Shown here: positions 1 to 12,313 of the stretch, piece by piece
Layout: each line of letters begins with the position of its first letter
Position numbering within the stretch: position 1 is the first letter of the stretch
Assembly: GCA_022813865.1 (NCBI GenBank)
Contig: JALDZX010000002.1
Span: 372,001 to 436,000 of the forward strand
Direction of reading: 5' to 3'
Length of the DNA stretch: 64,000 nt
From: Xylographa opegraphella
Lineage: Eukaryota
Notes under the pieces: generated by a model
What the model was told of the DNA's origin: nothing
Databases searched by the model: none
The model's input: only the letters and a program-made list of their open reading frames with translations
Position numbers and translations under genes: made by a program

Positions 1-66
1 TAACTGACATAAATCTCCCACATTCTTTGCCCACATCTTCATCTCTAACAACGCAGCCTTCACTGC

Positions 67-2456
67 ATGTCTGCACATATTGGTCGATCCAGTATGGCTA
101 CTCTCGACATCCCCACGCAGGGCCTAGAGCTTCTCGACGTTCCTGTCGGCAATGACACTCCTTCCACCTCCAATCCTACTCTCAACACTCGCCAGGTAAT
201 GCTGTTGGACGTACCTGGCAGTTTCCTTGACGAGATTCTAACTAACGCTCGTTCGGGCGGGAAGGATACCCAAATAACATTAGGCAAGGCGCCTGTAAGT
301 CTCGTTGTCCTTGTCTACTTGGTCTTTCCTTGCTAAGGTGTCTGGTGCAGGCTCTCAATGTCAAAGGCAAACAACACACCGTTCATCTGACGCCAACCCA
401 AACTGCCTTCAAACTGCTATTCAGCATCAATAAGCGTATCGCTCCACCAGCTAAGAAAACGTTGCAGTGCGAAGGCTTCGTTACCCGACAGATCAGACTC
501 GGAAATATCAAGGTTGCAGAAACGGAGGAAAATGACCCTGCTCTGCTAGCACTTCAGCGCGGCTTGGCTGACGCCGAAAAGAAGAAGCGGTCCAACACGT
601 AAGACCTTACGTTCTCTCAACCGTTTGCTCTAGCTTGACTAACATGAATGGCTTCAAGAACTATCTTCCTCAAAGATTCAAGACTTCCTACCAAAGGAAA
701 AGCAAAGGCGAAAGCAGGCCCGTTAGCTTTCCTTAAAAAGTCTCAGCTCCCCGGGATTTTCGATCATCGTAATGCCACTACCCGCTCTATGCCAGCGAGT
801 CCATCGCTCGCAGCTGTTGCACCTCCAAAACCGCGCCAGGACGAGAAAGCGCGCAAGGCCGAAGCAATGAAGACTGCGCTCATCCATCTCCTTGCCGTCC
901 GTCCAGTCTCCGAACGTTTCATTTGTAACACGTTGAAATGCACGCCAGAAGAAATTAAGGGACTGTTACATACATATGGCCGAGAGTCACCGATTGACAA
1001 GAAGAAGCTCATGCTATCTGACAGGGGCTACCAAATATTGGACGTATGGAAGTTCCCCTATGCAAGCCAGGATGACCGACAGGCTGCAATAGATCGTGCC
1101 ATCAAAGCCTTTGACAGACGCCGAGTCTCTCGTGAAGAGAATGCGTGGCAGTTGTTACTACCAAAAAAAGACCGTGGCAAGGGGATCATCTTATCGTTGC
1201 TAAATCTCCATGGTCACCCTATAGACCAAATTGTCGGGACACCTCGCATCAATGTTCAGGACGCTGATGGCACCAAATTGGGGGGAGACGCTACAGGCAC
1301 TGATGGCGCGGGTACTGATAGCGACAATCGCAGAGGTCGACTGGCTCCGGATAACTCTCAGCCAATAGCTCGCTCGAGATCACAAGACTCGATCAAGAAG
1401 CAAAGGGTTAGTGAGAAAGAAGCGCAGAGTCGACGTCTTCTCTCGAAAAACCCAAAGAAAGCCTCACAAGCTGCCGTCACCAAGAGAAACAAAGTAACTA
1501 TGAATAAGGAGGCGAAGACGGCCGGCTCCACTGACACGACGAAGGTCAAGTCCGCAGAGTTTGTTCGAGACTCCGACGAGGACGTCGAGATGGAGGATGT
1601 AGCCGAGGTTGAAAGTACCCAGGTCAACTCACGACATGTCAAGAATGACTCGAAGCGGGGTGATTCAAACACGAAGAAGGATACGGCATCGCAAAAGGTT
1701 CTTTCAAAGCCAGAGAACTTTGATCCTAAGAGATCTGTTGCACAAAAAACCTTGCCACAGAAGATTCTAGTCCCAGCGTCCAAAGCGAACTCTGAAAAAA
1801 AGCCAACTTTAACCAATTCTTCCAGCTCCGGCTCGATCAATCGGCTCTCTGACACAAGTCAAGCATCAACTGATATGCGGCGCACCATCTCACACAAGCG
1901 GACTACCAGCTCACCCATAAAACCATCCCCACTCGGGTCTTCTCCACCGGCCAATGCATCTGATTTCGACAATGAGAAGCGCAAGTCTCAAGGTTCCTCG
2001 TCCTCAGCATCTCCCTTGGTGCAGAACTGCCGCGAGGATCAGAATGTGAAGACGGATGGTGTCACCCGTTCTGTCAACAAGGTGTCGAGCAATAGGCTAG
2101 AACGTGGAGACTCGGATCGTGGTCTCAAACGCAAGGCCAAAGATCTCGACTCTGAGATACGTAACCACGAAGATGCCAAACTGGCGAACGGAATCGAGCC
2201 TCCGGCCAAGCGTCAGCAAACATATACAGATTCATCACCCACGTCTGATAGCAGCAGTGCAGCTTCTCCCAGCATTTCAAGCAGTATCATCCCCATGGCG
2301 CAGGAGTTCAAAAAATTCTACCAGACTTATCAGACAGCCCATCGTGAGGTTGTAGAGATGGACGAGCCGCCACAAGATAAGGTCGAAAAGGTGCTGCGGA
2401 TGCACAAGAGATTGGTTGAGATGAAGGCCGAGATCACCAAAGCAGTAGCATCTTGA
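67..2456 (+). CDS. RNA polymerase II elongation factor ELL-like protein (3 exons)
   Basis: Exons 67-294, 351-598 and 659-2456 join in frame via GTAAGT..GCTAAG..CAG and GTAAGA..ACTAAC..AAG introns. The middle has a conserved-looking block (LIHLLAVRPVS...LDVWKFPY...WQLLLP). The C-terminus is helical and occludin/ELL-like (FKKFYQTYQTAHRE...LRMHKRLVEMKAEI). The start may be the ATG at 94. Confidence 0.65.
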
Positions 2457-3398
2457 GCGGGCTTGGAAATTGGCAGATATTAAATATGATAAACGACTTT
2501 GCATATGGATTGGATGGGATCCCTGGGCATACCCACAAGGCGAGGCGCTGGCGGCAATTGTACGCACTTTTTTAATTTTTATGGCGCATGGCGCATTTGT
2601 TTTGGCATGTCTGTAACGATGCTACGGCAGGAGATGTGCTGACTTGGGCGAGATGCCCATCAATTTGCATGTAGAATCTCTTTATGGATTGTCCGAATGA
2701 CACCCGCTGCGGTGTGAAAAGTTTGCAATCATGTAGCATACGGGCCTGTCGATACGTCAGGCTCCGCTTTACTGGCTTTGTTTGGCTTTGCTTTTCTTAT
2801 GTAGAATAGCATCACATAGCAATGGCACATTTTCCAATGGCCTCTCTGCCTTGCATTGTGTGTTGACTCCACCAGTCGTGTTTCGAGCGACCAAAAGACC
2901 AGTTTCTGCTGTCCACCGAATAGTGTATTTGAACTTTCGGATTCTCTACCAGAATCTATGTTCGAGAATTGGAGTGCTGTCTTGCAACTATGATCTGATG
3001 TCTCGCCAATCCTCTATCTCAGTCATGTCCGTTTGGTAGCCTGCGACTTATGAATCCAATCTCAGTGCCTGGTTCATTTGCCGTATCGCGGCAGCTAGTC
3101 TTTCTACATTCGTGTATATTTGACTGGTTCGATGGATGGTTCGATTTCATCACTCTCTCATTCCCGATTCAACCATCGTATCCTATATCAGTCTGCTATA
3201 CCGCATTACACACAATAATGTTTCATGTGGTCCCTAATCTAAAATCAGATGAATTCAATTCACCGACCCCTTAAATGACGCTGGCTGACACAATAAGTTC
3301 AACATTATCTGTACCCACACCCAAACCGCCCAGCGATAAGAAACGTGAGCGTGACTGGCACACCCTCCGCTCCGCTAAACCGCGCTCGAATTGCACAC

Positions 3399-3800
3399 TT
3401 ACAGTCCCAACCCTCTCCGCTCCGCCCCCTGCGCTCCACCATCCTCATCTCTCCTCCCCAACCGGCGGATCCACGGCGCCCCTGGCGCAGGCGCCTGCGC
3501 GACCGCCGCCGCTGCGCCCCAGTTAATCGCCGACGGGTCGTCGGCCAGTGGGCCCCTGCCCTGGCCCAGCACTCCGATCGTCGCGGGTGTATTTCCCATC
3601 AGCGGGCCCAGGCCTTCGCGCGGCGGTGTGGCATTGTAGTCGCTGGCGTGGATGGCGCACTGCCCGTCGGATTGGAAGAAGCTGCGCGTTTGCTGGCCGC
3701 AGGGGTAGGGGGAGTGCAGTCGTCGATGGCAGATGATGTGATTGCGGCGGTGGGTGTCTTCGCAGCCGCAGGCTAGGTAGAAGGTGTTGGTGTGGCACAT
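3399..3800 (-). CDS. small hypothetical Cys/His-rich protein
   Basis: 133-aa ATG-started ORF with GC-rich codons. The N-terminus MCHTNTFYLACGC...HIICH...PCG resembles small fungal 'MC...CG' proteins. Confidence 0.4.
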   Translation of the reverse strand: MCHTNTFYLACGCEDTHRRNHIICHRRLHSPYPCGQQTRSFFQSDGQCAIHASDYNATPPREGLGPLMGNTPATIGVLGQGRGPLADDPSAINWGAAAAVAQAPAPGAPWIRRLGRRDEDGGAQGAERRGLGL

Positions 3801-4373
3801 TATCGCTGCGGTAGGATGGTTGGGAAGAGGGTCTGTGGAGGCTGGCTTGTGCGTTGAGCTGTGTGCTGGGTAGGTTGCTGAGGATTCGAGTGGGGGATTG
3901 TGTTGGAGGGTTAGCTTTTGTTGACCTTCTAGGTTCGTGATGAGCTGGGGTGGGGATGGGGTGCTACTTTTATAGTATTAAGAGCTCAGCTAGCAGGGAG
4001 AAGATCGAGGGCCTGGTGGACCGAAGAGTAAGGGGAACACGGTATGGCAATAGGCATTGAGGTGGACAATGGTACATTGTTGGAAGAAGACAAGGCCAGT
4101 CCTCCTTTCCTTGTTGCTTCTGATTACACAAAGACGACAGAGCACAAAGCCGCTTTATGAGACGATCTTTACAATCGCGTCTTTGATCGAATGCGTCTTT
4201 CGTCGATGAAGAATAGAAAAGGACTTGGCTACACCCCAAAGTCTTGTTTGGCCGAAAGACGAATCCTGAAGCGGTGATTTTATTGCTATCTGACGTACTC
4301 CTCACAATCAGTTTCACACCCGCTTCTTCCTCGAATGTAAACTAAATCTAGCAATCCAACCCACCTCGCTACG

Positions 4374-4844
4374 ATGTGTCGAACGGCCACATGGGAGGAC
4401 CTCGCCAGCTTTGTTCCATACCACGACGTCACCCAAATCGGCCTCCTTGGCGATGTCATGAAGCATATCAAGGAACGCTGTGAAACACCCGTCACATGCA
4501 GCTTATACATCGAGCATCACAAACGCTGCGAGGAGAACCGCGAGATGGACAGAATGATTGCGCAGGTCGTGCAAAGACGAGACTGGGTCCACAAGGCCGA
4601 CAAGGCCGTCTTCGAATCCGTATACCAAGCAGCGTCATCCCCGCCGGTGATGGCGGAAGAAAGCAACCTGGAGTTGCAGGACGCCATCGGCCGGGGGGAT
4701 GTCTTCTTTGAAGGTTACCTGAAGGCGCAGGCCGAATGTAGAGCGCTGGTGAAGGGGATGCTCATTCGCCGCGCAGGGTGGGAGGCGGAGGAGAAGATCA
4801 GTGCCACTGCATCACTATACGGGACGGGAGAGTTGAGCACTTAA
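4374..4844 (+). CDS. hypothetical protein
   Basis: 156-aa ATG-started single-exon ORF with coding-like codon usage and helical composition. No family recognised. Confidence 0.5.
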   Translation: MCRTATWEDLASFVPYHDVTQIGLLGDVMKHIKERCETPVTCSLYIEHHKRCEENREMDRMIAQVVQRRDWVHKADKAVFESVYQAASSPPVMAEESNLELQDAIGRGDVFFEGYLKAQAECRALVKGMLIRRAGWEAEEKISATASLYGTGELST

Positions 4845-5457
4845 TCGAAACTGGATTTCGAGGTAATGCGCGAGGACGAAATTACGAGTTTTTTTAATTT
4901 CCAATTTTCCTTTTGGAGTCTCATGTCTGCTCGACAGATAGAATTGCTTTGCTAGCTTTCCACTATGATGTATAGGATTCTCGCAAAGTGTACAGTTGAT
5001 GTAATGATTAAAACGCAATACTCCATACCGAGTACAGATATACACAACTTTCCTTGCTCAAGGGGTTTGGTTGGACGTCTGGGATAACTAGTCTAGTTCT
5101 GGCCTGGCTCATAGGTGCTAGGCTTGTCCTAATTTAGCGAAGGTTATCAGTCAACAAATATTTCGCAATGCATGCTGCATCACAATGGTCATTCTCGAAT
5201 GCTTGTGTGAGGAGTTACTTGCTCGGACAGCTTTATCTTCTATGCATTGTAGAGGATGAACTTGACACAGAACGACCGGGCCGTTTTTCCACGCCGCAAT
5301 GGCAAGCCGCCCATGCGCAGCCAGGCAGCAGTAATGGAGATAGGATTTCCAAACAGACATCGGCTCCCAGATTCCTTTAGGACGGTAGTCTACTTCAACA
5401 GTACTCTACGGTGCTGACATTTACTTACTTTATTTCCATTGGTACCAGTTCTTGGAT

Positions 5458-7222
5458 ATGTCAAGGCCATCTCGATTATTCCTTCTATCGCTTTTCGTGT
5501 GCTGCTACGCTCTAAGACCTGCTGGTGCATTGACGTGGAATAAATTTGACCTACAAAAGCTGCTTGGTAATACTCGAACCTCGAGCGTGACCACACCTCC
5601 ATTGGCTCTTTTCCTACCGACAACCGATTGTACTAGGTGGCTGAAGAATAGTGGTGATACGATCGTTTATAGCTATGGTATCAATGAAACATTGTCAGGT
5701 GCTCGCGCTTTGCGAGATTGTCTTTACCGGGAGGGAGCGGAGGAGTCACGAAAGAGAGTACGCAAAATTGAGCTTGCTTACCCTCTCGCAGGTAGACCAA
5801 GTCACGAGCAGCAATCATTGTTCGATTTGGTTAAAATACTGCCATATCTAGAGTCAATTAGGTATGTCAACGTTGAACTGTCGGAGAGTGTGAGAGACAT
5901 CTTCTTTCCCACATCGCAATGCTCACAAATCCTTATAAAGTCATAACATGTGGCGAGCACATTACCGCGTCTTCAATGCGCTGAAAAAGGAACAATCCAA
6001 ATACAACGGCACCTGGACTTTGACGCAGACTAATGATAACCAACTTTATGTAGAATGTTCAGAAACTATGAAGGTCGATTCGTCGTATGGAACCCAGGAC
6101 GGTAACGCCATCGATCCACTTTACAAGGTGCTTGTTGCCTGTCCAACAACGAAATCCTTGAGTCTTTCGGTCAGCCAAGGGGGATGCAGCATAGGGGACG
6201 ATCCGTGGTCTTTCAATTGGAGAGCAGGCGATCGATTTCCGGACCTTGAAGCTTTGACTCTGTCGGGATACGATTGGGAGTCTGAAAGTGGTTTCGATTG
6301 GTCAACCCGCAGACCACCGAGTATAGATGCTTGGAAAGCCGCGATGAACTGGGATCTGCTGAAGCGACTTGACCTGGATCGCCCGCCGAACTCGTTTCTT
6401 GAAGCTTTCCGAGGCGAATTACGTAGTCTTGAAGCACTCATTCTACGACCGCGATGGGGCTTCTGGGGCGATGAGGATACGTTTTGCGTTTTTGATGAAG
6501 CCGCTAAACAGCTGCGTGAAAACTATACTACCTTCATCGCAGCACTACCTCCCTTACGCGAGTTGAGTATCAGTGGCATGGGCGAGCTCCTCAATATCAC
6601 CCCTATACTCGAAGCACATGGGCCGAGTCTACGGAAGCTCATCATTCACGAATTTGAGCGAGACTGCACATACGAGTCGGGTAATGCAACTCTAATCCGT
6701 CCGTTTCTAAATGTTGCACAGATAGAGGAGATCAAGACAGCCGCGCCGAATCTCGAATCGTTGTCGTTGGATGTCTACCGAAGCGCGAACCGATGGCCAA
6801 CTACAATATTCAAGGCGCTGACAGCTTTTCCCAACCTTTCCAACCTCACTCTGCACTTCGACCTCGAAGATGCTTGGCGTAGCAGGCGAACAAAACAGTG
6901 CTATCTCCGTAATGAGGATAGTATTTGGGACAAATACTGTACCGTGCATGAGCTTATGCAGCCCATCCTCAATCGGACAGCTGCTCAAACGATCATCCAC
7001 GATCTACGCCTGAATCAGTCGAGTATGAAACTCCAGCATGTCACTATGTACGTTGGAGATTTCGAGCGGCGGCAAGGCGGTGGTTTGAGGCATGAGGCTC
7101 ACAATGAACACAATAGACCAATGCGATTTGATTGTTGGGTAGAGGAAGGGGGTTTGGAGAGGTGCAAGGCTGTTGAAGGTTCCCTTTACGATGGAGATGA
7201 GAGTCTAGGCTTTGACGAGTAG
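5458..7222 (+). CDS. putative secreted leucine-rich-repeat-like protein (2 exons)
   Basis: Exons 5458-5861 and 5941-7222 join in frame via a GTATGT..GCTCAC..AAG intron. It has a signal-peptide-like N-terminus and repeated LxxLxL motifs (FPDLEALTLSG, LPPLRELSISG, APNLESLSLDV, FPNLSNLTLHF). Confidence 0.65.
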
Positions 7223-7567
7223 ATAATCAGTAACGTATTTCGATCGAGCTTTTCAAAGGCTATCATGAAGTCTGAAATCAACATTAATCATGGATGTGCT
7301 TTCGGCAGTCTCATTTTCGGGAACGGACGAGGGACCACTTACACTAGAACAGTCTAGTCTATCCTAGCGTTAAGCAGATCGGAAGTTGCCGATCGGCCTG
7401 GCCCCAGCCCTAAGGTAGAAAGCCATTTCCGGGTGGAGTAAACGTCACTACCTCATGGACAGTAGTGACATAATGTTGCGGCGACGCTTATGTGTCTGGC
7501 ATATGCTCAGCTTGTCTGTAAGCAATTGCACGAAGCACTACTATCGTCTTCGCTTCTCATCTGTTGG

Positions 7568-8404
7568 ATGCACCGCCGTGATATCTTCTATCTTTTCTTT
7601 GTCTTCACCTGTCCAATCCTCGCAGCAATTGTGGCTTTCCGCATGATGGCAACCAAACCAGCTAGTTCTACTAAGCCCAGCAACCACAACCTCAATGGTG
7701 AGCTTGAGCTCTTTACTTGATTACTGCACATGTAGTGCTGCGGTATGAGGACCGACGGAGCTTGCGCCGGTTTTGAAAGGTGCTGCGTCTGATGTAGTAC
7801 TGTGGGCATCGTGTTGTGTTTGATTTTGCTCGCAATTTACGCTTCGAAGCTCACAACCTACAATTATGCAATGAATTAGAATATAGATGCGGTTGCTAAC
7901 TTTGGCTGGTTGGTAGTCCTCAAGAAGCCTCTTGGCCTCTTCTCTAAACAGCCCATGACCGGCTTCTACCGAGATGGCTATTGTCGCACTGGCCCAGATG
8001 ACAAGGGCAACCATGCCGTTGCTGGTAAGCATGTATCTTCATGAGGTCTTATTCAAATCTACTGACTTGAATTTATAGGTCTTCTCACCAACGAATTCCT
8101 CGACTTCTCCGCTTCCCGTGGCAACAACCTCCGTAACATTGGCCTCACCGACGGCTGCAAATGGTGCCTGTGCACAAACCGGTGGAAAGAGGCTATGGAG
8201 GCTGCGAAGTCTGCCGATGATCCTGTGGTACCGAAGGTGTTCCTGCACGCTACCGACGAGTCGGCGCTCAAATCGATTGGACTCGAGGACTTGAAGAAGT
8301 TCGCTGCCGACGGGGAGACGGGCAGTGGAGGTGGAGCGACAAGAAATCCTGTCACACAGACACCAAGTGCAGATGGGAGGGGTCCCATTAGGGAGACGCA
8401 CTAG
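7568..8404 (+). CDS. DUF2237-family protein (3 exons)
   Basis: Exons 7568(or 7643)-7697, 7917-8024 and 8079-8404. The spliced product NVLKKPLGLFSKQPMTGFYRDGYCRTGPDDKGNHAVAG...FLDFSASRGNNL...GCKWCLCTNRWKEA...PKVFLHAT matches the DUF2237 signature. Confidence 0.85.
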
Positions 8405-10565
8405 ACGAGGTAATGGCGGAGAGGAAATGCTGAGTTGGACATGTACTGCTAGCGGTGTATATTGTATTCTAAAGGAAAAGTCGTTGCGCCTCATGTTGGG
8501 CAATTTGGATTGAAAGACTCAAGATGAAGTCTTAGAGGTGCTGAGAACAGTTGCGTTGACTCCGTACCTTAGGATACCCCAAGCAAGGTGTGTGCAGATA
8601 TCTTGAGTTTGTATGACAGTACTACCCGTATCCTCGCTCGTTTCCTATTTGGTCTATTCCGTACGTTACGGCGGACGCATAGATTCCCGAGACGTCAAGT
8701 TCACGACTGCACTTGGATTTTGTTCGAGGTCTTTGTACCGCTGATCGGGGTCCTTTCGAGATGCCATGCTTTCTTTTTTGCTTTGCTTTTGGGTCCTCAT
8801 CTGTGATCGCGCAGTCGGTGTGCCGTCGGTTTACTGGGGAGCTCGGGTACACTGTGAATATGCGAATAACGGTGCTGATTTTGGTGTAAAATCACTCATG
8901 GAGTCTTGGGTTACCAAGACAGTCGTGATCTTCGTCTTTCTGTGTCTTTCATACTTCAGTTCGTTGGCCTTTTCATTTCCCCGGGAAAAATTTCGTGTTT
9001 AGATCGATTTACCCTTTGCTTATTAGCCAAAGCTGGGTGACAACCTTTCCATAAACAGCAAGAGAGAGTTTCAAAACCAGATTGCAAAGTGAGACATTCT
9101 TCTGAGTCGAATACGAGCATTGAAGAATCTTAGATTGATTGAGGCTGTGAAGCAGCACGTCTTGCCGGCGGAGATGCTTCGTGACTTGAACGAGGAGAAA
9201 TTGTTCGTGTTTAAGGAGAAGGATTCGAATAACTTGAGGCGCTCCCCTTTGTGGGTATTTCCGTGTTCCTAATCTCGCAAATGCTCAGAAAGCGAGTTCC
9301 AGTGCCTTGGGTGGTGCATATGAGCACGATGAGGGGACAGACGAAGAGGCTGGCAGAGTGAACGGAAACGATATTGACGGTCTTCGTGCGAATACTGAAT
9401 TTACTATCAAAACCATATTCGACTTACAAAGAGCAAGGTTCTGCCAGATCGGTAAGGCGGGAACCTTGCCGACAAGAACGGATTGCCCACCTCGCTCTCC
9501 TCCCCCTCCATATCTGGAAGTGATAAGGGACGACTAGATTGCGGAGCAGGGGTTGAAAACCGATGTCAACTCGATGAGGGCGGCAGATGTATTATGCGCT
9601 GATTTTATGAAGCGCGTCGACGAGAATACATCAAGCAACTCCACGAGGTCTGTACAGAGAGCGGAGTCCGCCGGTCGACGAAGCAGAGGAAGCACGCAAG
9701 GCAAGAAAAGGAGAATGCAACGGGGGGAGCAGACGAGGAGAGCCAACGGGAAGCGGAGCCCTCTGGCGGATACATCAGTCGCCGGATACCAACTTTCTCT
9801 CACTATCCATAAGCTCCCAGTGGCTACACCTCTCTGCCTATGCCTTCATCAGTGGTCTCTGCCACCTCCACTGCCGCTACCGCTGTCTAGCACCCTACAC
9901 TCTCGTCTGCCGCTATACTCATCCTTAAAACACACAGACATCCTCCGAACGCAGGATCGAGCCAAGGCTTCGAAAACTTGTACCCAGAGATCGATTTTAG
10001 GATTCTCGCGGTGTATGGACATGAGAGACAAGCATGAGAGGGTGACGGTAGCGATCTCAAGCATAAGAACAAATGGCACAGGACGAGAAATATGAGATAA
10101 AGTCGTAATGGAAGCAAGACGGAATTTTCTCTTCAGGTTGTAAGACCTCCGAGAGATGAGATGTTCATCGATGAGAGCGTCTAGTCCAATTGTTACGTTT
10201 CTTTCTGCAGTAGCTTGCGGAAATGAACGAACGAACAGCTCTAGGAGCAGTACATAGTGCCTTTGCTAGAAAATAGAAACGAATGTATATTTTTGGCGTT
10301 CTGCAACTCAGAGAAGCACGACAGAATGCAGTTTTATTCGGAGTTGTTGTACATGGCTAGCTTGCAGCACTCTATGACGACGAGTTGGGTCTACACAAAG
10401 AAAAAATAATGCAGATATATAACATAAGGCATCTTTTAGTGCTGCCATTGTCCTTTGGATGGAAGCACCTAGTCAAGGTGGACTGTACACTCTTCCAGCT
10501 CTTTCCATTCTCCCAATCCCACCGTCCTTCCTCTCATCCAATTCTCACTCCTAGCTATTACTTCT

Positions 10566-11521
10566 CTATGCACCATCATGCGGTGTTGCTGTTTCGTGGT
10601 GGTGCACGTCGCCATTGTAACCAACAAGCTTTCGCCGACCGGCCATTTCTCCAACAGTGAAGAAGCCTAGTACTTCTGCCGTGAGAACGCCTGCAGAGAC
10701 GACTTGTGCCCGATCCATATTACGGATGCGAGAGAGAATCGCTTCGGGAGTGATGGCACCGGAGGAGGGTGTGCCGGATATCAGGGATGAGGGATTGCGG
10801 ACAGCGTGTAGGATGGGGCTGAGGTAGGATTGGAATGTGGCGATGTCGCTACATATCAAATTGTCAGTGTTGTGATAATATTAGTTTCTGGTGAGAGGAC
10901 AGGAAATTGGAGAAGACTTTGGAGCTTTGGAGGGTGAACCATACGGAGGCGTCATTTTGCGGCCTTGAAAGACGAGCTTGGAGAGCTCGAGGCCGACTTT
11001 AGAGTAGTATATCGTTGGTGGAATCATAGCTAGAAGAAGTCCCGGTCAGCAAGGTGACCACTGAAGCCAACAATCATGTAACTGGAGCTTCCGGCCAATT
11101 AAGCAGAAGTTGTCCCAAGCGTGTGCTTTGTGAAGAAGCCCCGTGCTCATGCGTATCGGGCGACTCATCATATGGCTGATTGCCTGTAATGGGTTGCCCA
11201 CTCTCCAGTACTCAATTGACGCATTCACTCACTCTGCACGAACGAAATCAATCTTCCAGTCCTCCCACCCAGCTTTCCCAGCGTACTGCTGACCGCCTGA
11301 CCCGCTCTGCTCAACCCTGACCCAGCCGAAGAAGTTACCCTGGAGAGTCCTTCCGATGCTTTTGAAGTAGCATTGGAAGCTGTTTCTTTTGCCTTGGCGG
11401 CTGTCTTCGAGGCAGCTTCGGTAGCTTGTGACGTGGTAGAGGCATTACGGCGGGCTGCTTGGCGGACAACCAGCTGCGGTGGTCGCCGAAATATCGTGCG
11501 AGACGCTGTAGCAGCGGACAT
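10566..11521 (-). CDS. ATP20: mitochondrial ATP synthase subunit g (3 exons)
   Basis: Exons 11521-11233, 11029-10945 and 10848-10566. It has an Arg/Ser/Ala-rich presequence, IPPTIYYSKVGLELSKLVFQGRKMTPP, and a C-terminal AEVLGFFTVGEMAGRRKLVGY motif. Confidence 0.93.
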
Positions 11522-11965
11522 ACTGACAATGCTGCCTGCTACTGGGTGAGCTGGTGTTGAGTATGGTGGGAAGAACTTGCGGAGCCCGTAGTGGTTGGTG
11601 CTTTGAGTCGGGAAGAAGTTTGCGAAAAATTGTCTGATTGGTCGGAAGCTTCGCATTGGGTGCTCGGAGAATTTGCCGGGCTACATCACATTCTAGCAAC
11701 TACATATTACGTTCACAAACATTGATCAGCTTTCAAAGTGTCGGCTTGCTTATATACTCTGGTTGAAACTGTTCAACCATATACTGGCTGTTTTTAAAGC
11801 ACTTATCAAATATCCTACATCGCAAGCAAGTTTTGTTCGGTTATCCATCAAGGAGATATTATTTGGCGGGTGTACCAAATGAAAAACCACCGTAAATAAA
11901 ACGTACTTAAAACTGCTCTAGACTTAGTAGTCGATAAGCTGAATTTTGAAAAGATTTTCTGGAAA

Positions 11966-12313
11966 TCAACGAGGTAAAAATCTGGAAGGAGGTGAAAACC
12001 TGCCACTGCTGGTAAAATGAGTGAAAGAATCGGACTCCTGGTACACCCCCTGCAATGCTCCTTGTATCATGAGATCTACATCATGGGCAATTGTACCCAG
12101 ATGTCCCTCCAATCGCAGAACTAACAGCACCCAAGTGATACCCTTGCGCGGATTCGGGAGTGATGCCTCTAGGATTGCATTTTTCCAGAAGACCACAACC
12201 TCATCGTCCGACTTCCCTTCGGCTTTGAGTTGCTCGAAGACGGGTAAGACTTGCCTCCGGTAAAGCTCATAAGTTCGACGCATTTCTTCGTTAGATATGA
12301 TGGACGTCGACAT
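11966..12313 (-). CDS. hypothetical protein or gene fragment
   Basis: 115-aa ATG-started ORF with protein-like composition. No family recognised. Confidence 0.25.
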   Translation of the reverse strand: MSTSIISNEEMRRTYELYRRQVLPVFEQLKAEGKSDDEVVVFWKNAILEASLPNPRKGITWVLLVLRLEGHLGTIAHDVDLMIQGALQGVYQESDSFTHFTSSGRFSPPSRFLPR

